From a virus, in the IMG/VR virus record IMGVR_UViG_3300029944_000028: a DNA stretch of 38,320 nucleotides; one strand, written 5' to 3'. Shown piece by piece: positions 33,104 through 38,320 of this stretch (positions are counted from its first letter, which is position 1; every line of letters begins with the position of its first letter). Both the position numbers and the translations under genes were made by a program. Below the pieces are notes generated by a model that saw nothing but the letters and a program-made list of their open reading frames with translations, searched no databases and was not told the origin of the DNA.

Positions 33104-34348
33104 TTAACAGAGTGAGTCAATATCTTCAGAGTCGTCAACGGTTTCAAAACCGTCTTCAACCGGTTTGATTTCAATAGCCGGACGTTTGTCCGAATCGAGT
33201 ACGACATGCGGCTTGCCTTCCGGCTGGACGATCAGCGCTTCGATCTTCTTCAGACGTCGCGGTTGATCCTTCAGCGCTTCGAGAATCGGCTTGGGGCCAA
33301 GCAGCTTGAACGAATACATCTGCTCAAGCTTCAGTCGGAAGCCCTTCATCATCGTTTCGGCTTCCTCGTCGTTCGCCCACGAGCGATTACCGCGCTTGCC
33401 CGCGACGACCTTCACGCCTGGCACTTTGCGGCCCGCGAACATCTCTAACTCGATGCGAGCGCGCACGGCTTTGATCCAGTCCTCGACCAGTTCCAGTTCA
33501 GCGAACTTAGGGCCGAGTTTTTCAATCGGGATCAGATCAACCGGGATCGGTTCCAGCGTTTCGAAATCCGATTCAGTGATCGCCTCCACTCTCGCGAGGA
33601 GTGCCGGGCAAACCGCTTTTGCTTTGCACCACATGCAAGTCTTCTCGGAAGGCGCGAAGTCCTCTTCCTTCAAAGCACGCTCGCCAACCAGCTTGTGGAT
33701 CAGGATGGCCTTCTCAAACTTTGGACGCGCGTCCGATACCCAGGCTTCCAAATCCTCGACCGTGAGCGTCCATTCGTTGCCGGTCCTGAGCGGCTGCTCA
33801 ATGACAATCGTGATTTCCTTGAAGTCTTCGACCAAGCCGAACTTCTGCAATGCCCCGTGGCCGTACATCATGCCTTGGGGATTGTTCTCGGCATCGACTT
33901 CCTGATAACCGAACTTCGCGTCAATCACGTCCGTTGTCGCGTGTCCGTCAGGCCACGAGATGATCAACACGATATCCGCACGACCGGTCGCGCCTTCTTC
34001 GCCGGTAATCTGGCTAACAGGCACATCCTGCTCGATCTCGACAGTAACGGCGCAGCCTTGCGCTTCGTAATTCGCGATGCGATCGCGCACGTTGCTGACC
34101 ACGGTTTGCACGTCGGCGGCGAACGACTTGTCAACCGCATGACCTTTCTTCAGTACGTGACCGAGATATGTTTCGGCATCCTTGCTGAACGCAAGGCACA
34201 TACTCAGCAGTTCATGCTTGTCGGTTCCGAGATCCGCAGCCTTCGAGCTGCCGTCCGGTTGTCCCTTCTCCATCGCCAAAGCGTTCGCGCAGTTCAACAC
34301 GCGATGCGCCGATGACGGGCTCGCTAGCGCGTGGTAGTCGTCAGGCAT
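33104..34348 (-). CDS. DUF2800-type PD-(D/E)XK (Cas4/RecB-like) nuclease
   Basis: ALASPSSAHRVLNC N-terminal motif, DVIDAKFGY core, C-terminal Cys cluster CMWCKAKAVC. Start trimmed to MPDDYH. Confidence 0.7.
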   Translation of the reverse strand: MPDDYHALASPSSAHRVLNCANALAMEKGQPDGSSKAADLGTDKHELLSMCLAFSKDAETYLGHVLKKGHAVDKSFAADVQTVVSNVRDRIANYEAQGCAVTVEIEQDVPVSQITGEEGATGRADIVLIISWPDGHATTDVIDAKFGYQEVDAENNPQGMMYGHGALQKFGLVEDFKEITIVIEQPLRTGNEWTLTVEDLEAWVSDARPKFEKAILIHKLVGERALKEEDFAPSEKTCMWCKAKAVCPALLARVEAITESDFETLEPIPVDLIPIEKLGPKFAELELVEDWIKAVRARIELEMFAGRKVPGVKVVAGKRGNRSWANDEEAETMMKGFRLKLEQMYSFKLLGPKPILEALKDQPRRLKKIEALIVQPEGKPHVVLDSDKRPAIEIKPVEDGFETVDDSEDIDSLC

Positions 34349-34772
34349 GGGATTCTTCCGGGTTGACTTCGCCGGCCGCGACACGCGTTAGGTAGGCAAC
34401 GGCTTCGGGCCACTGTGCTTCCTTCAATTCCTTGCCATTCGCGACGCCGAGACGGGAAAGCGCTGCAACCGCCTTGTCTTTGGACTCCTTGCCAATCGCG
34501 ATGATCAGCTTCCTTACGTCGTCATAAATTACCGGCGCGGATTCGGGCTCGGAAGGCGGCGAAGTGTCGGTAGTGGGCTTCGACTTTTTTGAGTCGGCGA
34601 TTTCCTCTTTGATGATTTCCTGCTCGCGCTCCTTGATCTTCTCGGTTACGTCTGGCGTAAAGGTTGGCTCGCGAACGACTACCCGGCTGCTTGTAACCAA
34701 GTGCTGATTCAGGGCGTAAGTAAGCGCAAGAACCGCTTTCGTCAGTTCTTGAATGTCATTCTCTAACGGCAT
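34341..34772 (-). CDS. Hypothetical protein, 143 aa, first gene of the leftward operon
   Basis: ORF track; acidic/Lys-rich linker; SD GGAGAAAGACA before the ATG. Confidence 0.6.
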   Translation of the reverse strand: MPLENDIQELTKAVLALTYALNQHLVTSSRVVVREPTFTPDVTEKIKEREQEIIKEEIADSKKSKPTTDTSPPSEPESAPVIYDDVRKLIIAIGKESKDKAVAALSRLGVANGKELKEAQWPEAVAYLTRVAAGEVNPEESHA

Positions 34773-34811
34773 ATGTCTTTCTCCAATCGGTTGATGGGTA
34801 ACGCAAGAAGG

Positions 34812-34840
34812 AATTTAGGCGCGAAAAACTGCGCTGTCAA
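34812..34840 (-). promoter_or_regulatory. Leftward early promoter TTGACA-17-TAAATT
   Basis: Minus strand reads CTTGACAGCGCAGTTTTTCGCGCCTAAATTCC, in the 139-bp divergent gap. Confidence 0.6.
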
Positions 34841-34853
34841 GGTAAATTCGCAC

Positions 34854-34882
34854 TTGCGCAACCATTTTGCAATTGCTATAGT
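34854..34882 (+). promoter_or_regulatory. Conserved-family promoter, copy 4, rightward (TTGCGC-17-TGcTATAGT)
   Basis: Plus strand reads ACTTGCGCAACCATTTTGCAATTGCTATAGTGC. The core TTTTGCAAtTGCTATAGT differs at one base from the leftward copies. Confidence 0.65.
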
Positions 34883-34911
34883 GCAGTCACATAAACCCGA
34901 AGGAGAAAAGT

Positions 34912-35658
34912 ATGAAAGCATTTCGTGGTGACCCGGCAGTAAAAGAGAAGTACCTGGCGCGTCTAAAAGCCCATCACGCGGCTGATGAAATCATTCAAGG
35001 AACCGGTTACGACGGTTCGCACGGCTGCGCAGTAGGATGCACGCTCAACAAGTACGATCATCTCGCTTACGAACACGAACTCGGCTTGCCGCAGTGGCTT
35101 GCCCGACTTGAAGACAGGATTTTCGAAGGGCTTCCGGCTGTTGAAGCTCAGCGATTTGCGGTTGACTTCCTGGAAGCCGTACCCGTTGGCGCGAACGTCG
35201 ACAAAGTACGTTGGCATCTCGCTATTCAACGGCACACACAGGCGCGCGATAGCCTGCTCAAGAATAAAGAACCATATGCGGTTCAGTGCGTTGCCGCTAT
35301 CGAGCAGGTAATAGCGTATTGCGAGCTTGAAATCCTCGGCTCGGCGGCGGAGTCGGCGGCGGCGGCGCGGTCGGCGGCGGAGTCGGCGGCGGAGTCGGCG
35401 GCGTGGTCGGCGGAGTCGGCGGCGGAGTCGGCGGAGTCGGCGGAGTCGGCGGCGTGGTCGGCGCGGTCGGCGGCGCGGTCGGCGGCGCGGTCGGCGTGGT
35501 CGGCGTGGTCGGCGGAGTCGGCGGCGTCGGCGGCGTGGTCGGCGTGGTCGGCGGAGTCGGCGGCGGAGTCGGCGGCGGAGTCGGCGGCGGCGCATTTTCA
35601 GTGGGAAGCCAAAACGCTTCTCGAATTGCTCCGCGCAGCTCCGCAGGCCGCAGAATGA
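34912..35658 (+). CDS. Early protein: globular N-domain plus SA(A)X tandem-repeat C-region, 248 aa
   Basis: ORF track; strong SD AAGGAGAAAAGT. The N-domain carries GSHGCAVGC. The repeat region reads SAAESAAWSAESAAESAESAESAAWSARSAARSAARSAWSAWSAE... Confidence 0.7.
   Translation: MKAFRGDPAVKEKYLARLKAHHAADEIIQGTGYDGSHGCAVGCTLNKYDHLAYEHELGLPQWLARLEDRIFEGLPAVEAQRFAVDFLEAVPVGANVDKVRWHLAIQRHTQARDSLLKNKEPYAVQCVAAIEQVIAYCELEILGSAAESAAAARSAAESAAESAAWSAESAAESAESAESAAWSARSAARSAARSAWSAWSAESAASAAWSAWSAESAAESAAESAAAHFQWEAKTLLELLRAAPQAAE
35336..35592 (+). repeat. Irregular tandem repeat of TCGGCG(GCG)(GAG/CGG/TGG) units
   Basis: Read directly. About 257 bp with no stop codons in five of six frames, which explains the stacked overlapping track ORFs. 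Confidence 0.9.
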
Positions 35659-35924
35659 CAATCGCGAAATACAAAGACTGGATGGCGAAATCCGCTATCG
35701 ATGAGAAGCGAGAACTTGCCATCAAGGCTCGCACGTCGCTGTCCCTGCTCTACCAATTGGGGTACGGAACGCGGACGGCGAGCCCCGAGTTGGCGGCGCG
35801 CCTTACGCGCGGTATCGCTTCGATCAACAAGCGCAAGCGCCACGCCCCCTTGCCGGAAGTGGCGCAAGGTGATTTGTCGCCTGTATGTGCCAAATGCCGT
35901 TTCTACAAGGAGTGCGAACAATGA
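35655..35924 (+). CDS. Cro/Ner-like HTH DNA-binding protein, 89 aa
   Basis: ATGA coupling to the repeat gene. ELAIKARTSLSLLYQLGYGTRTASPELAARL resembles an HTH. C-terminal CAKC...C. Confidence 0.55.
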   Translation: MTIAKYKDWMAKSAIDEKRELAIKARTSLSLLYQLGYGTRTASPELAARLTRGIASINKRKRHAPLPEVAQGDLSPVCAKCRFYKECEQ

Positions 35925-36024
35925 CATCTCCCGCCCGCTCACCGATCTCGCAACCGACGCCTCGCGCATCGACGCATAACGCCCCGTAGTCCGCGCACCT
36001 ACTGCGACAAATCGAGAGGAAGTG

Positions 36025-36210
36025 ATGAAACGCCATTACATCCGCTGTACGTTCCTCGACACAGATGGAGACACATCGTGGAAATTTCTGACGTTGCCTA
36101 ACAAACCCGAAGTTGAGTTTATGACGACAAATTACGACCTTGCCTGTGATATTGCAAATGCATTGCAGGAACAGGACGAAACACAAACCTACGATATATG
36201 GACGGTATGA
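36025..36210 (+). CDS. Hypothetical protein, 61 aa
   Basis: Track ORF 36022..36210. ATG 36025 after GAGAGGAAG. Confidence 0.5.
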   Translation: MKRHYIRCTFLDTDGDTSWKFLTLPNKPEVEFMTTNYDLACDIANALQEQDETQTYDIWTV

Positions 36211-36213
36211 GAA

Positions 36214-36381
36214 ATGAGGCAATGGATGCTTGTTTTGCCTGCCTTCGTCTACATACGTCTTGTACGTCGCTATGGCGAGCGCTTCTGGATTGAGCCGAGA
36301 ACAGCGTGGCGATCTGGGATTGAGGCGGCTTATGACGGGCACACGGTGTTGGTAAAGCTAAAGGGGAATAGTGATGATTGA
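36214..36381 (+). CDS. Possible small protein, 55 aa
   Basis: ATG 36214 to TGA 36379, MRQWMLVLPAFVYIRLVRRYGERFW.... Below the track cutoff. Confidence 0.3.
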   Translation: MRQWMLVLPAFVYIRLVRRYGERFWIEPRTAWRSGIEAAYDGHTVLVKLKGNSDD

Positions 36382-36604
36382 ATTCGATTACTACGTCGTA
36401 GAGAAAAATACATTGCTCGTGGTCGCAGGATTCAACGATTACATATCAGCCGTGTGCTTTAGGGATGCCGAATGCGATACAGATCGATTCAGCGTTTTCT
36501 CTTCGCGCGCCCTGAAGAAGCGAAATGCACGCGTTATTCCGGAAACAGTGGGGATAACGATCACGTCGGTAGACCCGACGATTCTCAGCAGAAACAGTGC
36601 ATAA
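36374..36604 (+). CDS. Hypothetical protein, 76 aa
   Basis: Track ORF 36371..36604, MIEFDYYVVEKN... Confidence 0.5.
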   Translation: MIEFDYYVVEKNTLLVVAGFNDYISAVCFRDAECDTDRFSVFSSRALKKRNARVIPETVGITITSVDPTILSRNSA

Positions 36605-36675
36605 CCCCGCAAACGCTCGCAGAGGCGAAGCGGAAAAAAGTGATAGACTAGCCCCGATCTCCTTCGGTTGTTCTT

Positions 36676-36699
36676 AGCCCGCCTCGCGCGGGCTTTTTC
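36676..36699 (+). terminator. Rho-independent terminator
   Basis: AGCCCGC-ctcgc-GCGGGCT followed by TTTTTCT. Confidence 0.75.
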
Positions 36700-36728
36700 T
36701 TGCGCGCTGCGTTTTAGAGGCGTATGCT
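36700..36728 (+). promoter_or_regulatory. Putative sigma70 promoter TTGCGC-17-TATGCT for the AlpA-primase block
   Basis: Read directly, immediately after the terminator. Confidence 0.4.
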
Positions 36729-36761
36729 TCCCGGACACCGTTGGACAACAGGAGATCACCC

Positions 36762-36938
36762 GTGCTTATCCCCATCGCCGATGTTCTGGCGCTCATACCC
36801 ATCGCCCGCTCCACCCTCTATCTCCGCATGGCGGAACCCGACTTCCCGAAACCCGTTCGCGTCGGCGGACGCGTGTTTTGGAAGCAGGAAGAGATTCTTG
36901 CCTATATCGATTTCAAGAAAGATTCTGCGGAGGCGTAA
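36762..36938 (+). CDS. AlpA-family (MerR-like) HTH regulator / excisionase-like protein, 58 aa
   Basis: GTG after AGGAGATCACC. LIPIARSTLYLRMAEPDFPKPVRVGGRVFWKQEEILAYI matches the AlpA pattern. Confidence 0.65.
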   Translation: MLIPIADVLALIPIARSTLYLRMAEPDFPKPVRVGGRVFWKQEEILAYIDFKKDSAEA

Positions 36939-37525
36939 TGGTCGCAGTTCTTTTCGCCCGAAGAGACAGCGTTTATAAGACATTTCCTGATTGCGATGTC
37001 TTCGACGCCGACAGGGATGCGCTGAACTACTCCGGGGGGCAGTCGATAGTCGCGCACCCTCCCTGCCGTGCTTGGGGCCAATTGGCGCATATGGCTAACC
37101 CGCGCCCTGGTGAACGTGAATTAGCTTTATGGGCGGTTGACATGATCCGCCTTCACGGGGGTGTCCTCGAACATCCGCGCGCATCTCGTTTGTGGAAAGA
37201 AAAGCCGTTGCCGCCGGTCGGGGAGCTTGACGCTTGGGGCGGCTTTACGCTTCAAGTGCGCCAGTTCGATTGGGGCCACAAAGCCGAGAAAGCCACTAAG
37301 CTCTATGTGTGTGGTTGCGACCCCGCAGACGTGCCGCCGCACCCTGTTCGCGTAGGCGAACCGCGATTTGTTGTCGGAACTAGTGGTCGGCGTAAAGATG
37401 GTACGCGTTTGGGCGGTCGGCCCGAAATACCGAAAAGTGAACGAGAAGCGACCCCTCTTGCATTCGCTGAATGGCTGGTCGAGCTGGCTGGATTGTGTCG
37501 CGCACCTATCGGGGATCTCTGCTAA
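36938..37525 (+). CDS. C5-cytosine-methyltransferase-like mini protein, 195 aa, with degenerate SAM loop
   Basis: Track ORF 36668..37525 trimmed to the TAATG start. Motif-like strings in MTase order: VLFARRDS (I, lacks GxG), VFDADRDALNY (II/III), HPPCRAWG (IV), VLEHP (VI), LQVRQ (VIII), ATPLAFAEWL (X). Confidence 0.35.
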   Translation: MVAVLFARRDSVYKTFPDCDVFDADRDALNYSGGQSIVAHPPCRAWGQLAHMANPRPGERELALWAVDMIRLHGGVLEHPRASRLWKEKPLPPVGELDAWGGFTLQVRQFDWGHKAEKATKLYVCGCDPADVPPHPVRVGEPRFVVGTSGRRKDGTRLGGRPEIPKSEREATPLAFAEWLVELAGLCRAPIGDLC

Positions 37526-38320
37526 TGCCGCAATACTTCAAAGACCTGGGCGAGCAGCTGCTCGATCACGGGTACCTGATCGTGCCCCTGCCGCCAGGTA
37601 GTAAGGGGCCGCGCATCAAAGGCTGGCCGTCTCTCGCGCTCGACAAGCCCGCATTTCACCGGATGGCGGCTAACGGGTCGGCGGACGCTGGCATCGGCGT
37701 ACTGGCCCGTTACACGCCCGCCATCGACGTGGATATCCTGGACAAGAGCGCCGCCGACGAGATGTCCTTGATCATCGATGAGATCTTCGCCGGCCAGGCT
37801 CTCATGACGCGCACGGGGCGGGCACCCAAGTTCCTGATTCCATTTCGTTCTGACGACCCTTTCAAGAAACTTACCTCCAACGTCTACACGGATGGAACCC
37901 ATGACCACAAAATCGAAATCCTGGGCGATGGCCAGCAGTGGGTCGCCTACCACGTGCACCCTGAAACCGGAAAGCCTTACGAGTGGTGGGATGGATTGGG
38001 AGACGCTGGAATCATGGGTTCGGCTCAGTCAGAGCTGCCTGCACTTTCCCGATCAGACGCTCAACGCGTTATTGACGCATTCGAAGTACTTGCGGCGACG
38101 CGTGTAGCTTCAGGTGCTTGGCGAGCGAAGGATGTGGGGCAGCGCCCGGACATTCGCGAACGAGGCGGAGATGATCCGTTCTCTGTTTATTCGGAACCAG
38201 TGGGTAAATCCGAAATAGAAGTACGCGAACTGCTTGCACGGCACCCGAACGAGGAAGCGGATTACGACCACTGGTTCAAGGTGCTCGCAGCCGTCCACCA
38301 CGAGCTCGGCGACGCCGGTG
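37525..38320 (+). CDS. Primase-polymerase/helicase, N-terminal Prim-Pol part (open to the window end, continues at base 128 of the circle)
   Basis: ATG 37525 (TAATG). My own translation, MPQYFKDLGEQLLDHGYLIVPLPPGSKGPRIKGWP...IDVDILD...HVHPETGKPYEW, is typical of bifunctional Prim-Pol N-termini. No stop before the window end, hence absent from the ORF track. Confidence 0.8.
   Translation, partial: MPQYFKDLGEQLLDHGYLIVPLPPGSKGPRIKGWPSLALDKPAFHRMAANGSADAGIGVLARYTPAIDVDILDKSAADEMSLIIDEIFAGQALMTRTGRAPKFLIPFRSDDPFKKLTSNVYTDGTHDHKIEILGDGQQWVAYHVHPETGKPYEWWDGLGDAGIMGSAQSELPALSRSDAQRVIDAFEVLAATRVASGAWRAKDVGQRPDIRERGGDDPFSVYSEPVGKSEIEVRELLARHPNEEADYDHWFKVLAAVHHELGDAG
38194..38320. repeat. Terminal overlap copy 2 (identical to 1..127)
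   Basis: Same as copy 1. A length of 127 is typical of a k-mer overlap left on a circular assembly. Confidence 0.95.

Noticed and set aside
35297-35924. Stacked ORFs through the tandem repeat (RRRRS-type 35327..35704, GVGG-type 35403..35924, PPTPP-type 35297..35734, RRRLR-type 34963..35661)
   Set aside because: They are artefacts of a stop-free repeat. Only the frame continuous with the SD-led N-domain (34912..35658) and the downstream HTH frame from ATG 35655 are credible.
36668-36937. Upstream part of track ORF 36668..37525 (285 aa)
   Set aside because: It runs through the rho-independent terminator and the putative promoter, and it overlaps the AlpA-like gene in another frame. The TAATG-coupled start at 36938 is preferred.
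1-38320. Search for tRNA genes, an integrase, CI-type repressor, reverse transcriptase/DGR, and queuosine or hydroxymethylase DNA-modification operons
   Set aside because: No cloverleaf-like sequence was seen in the few intergenic gaps, and no ORF carries those family motifs. Their absence is by eye only and should be confirmed with tRNAscan and profile searches.

Overview
The window is a complete, circularly closed phage genome. Bases 1-127 are identical to 38194-38320, so the unique length is 38,193 bp. It is GC-rich and shows no tape-measure, sheath or tube genes, which fits a podovirus-like dsDNA phage of a high-GC proteobacterial host (host is inferred).

Layout:
(a) Rightward late block: large terminase (2682), three tiny basic proteins, portal, a small HExxH peptidase and a repeat fibre. 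A near-consensus sigma70 promoter (9305) then precedes a head module of a 172-aa protein, scaffold and major capsid. Adaptor and tail proteins follow, interrupted by an antisense HNH endonuclease, then a Gly-rich fibre and a lysis cassette (holin candidates, GH24 endolysin, embedded Rz/Rz1). The block ends with an Asp/Asn-hydroxylase-family oxygenase plus cupin, three large low-complexity virion/ejection-type proteins, and a full-length PurD-like ATP-grasp ligase.
(b) Leftward early/replication operon (34772 down to 25845): DUF2800-type nuclease, DUF2815-type SSB, family A DNA polymerase, a frameshifted DUF7666-like gene, VRR-NUC and an SNF2 helicase.
(c) Rightward early block from a divergent promoter pair (34812-34882): an SA(A)X tandem-repeat protein, a Cro-like HTH, small ORFs, a terminator, an AlpA-like HTH, and a C5-methyltransferase-like mini protein. 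The block ends with a primase-polymerase/helicase that wraps over the junction, followed by an iteron array (candidate ori).

I saw no integrase, CI-type repressor, tRNA, CRISPR array or phage RNA polymerase.

Most interesting observations:
- A shared N-terminal LFPG leader on three consecutive head proteins, next to a portal-coupled mini metallopeptidase.
- A four-copy promoter family with an invariant spacer.
- The PurD-like ligase.
- The degenerate C5-MTase-like protein.
- The SA(A)X repeat early protein.
- The homopolymer frameshift in the DUF7666-like gene.

All functional calls come from motif recognition by eye. No database search was run.
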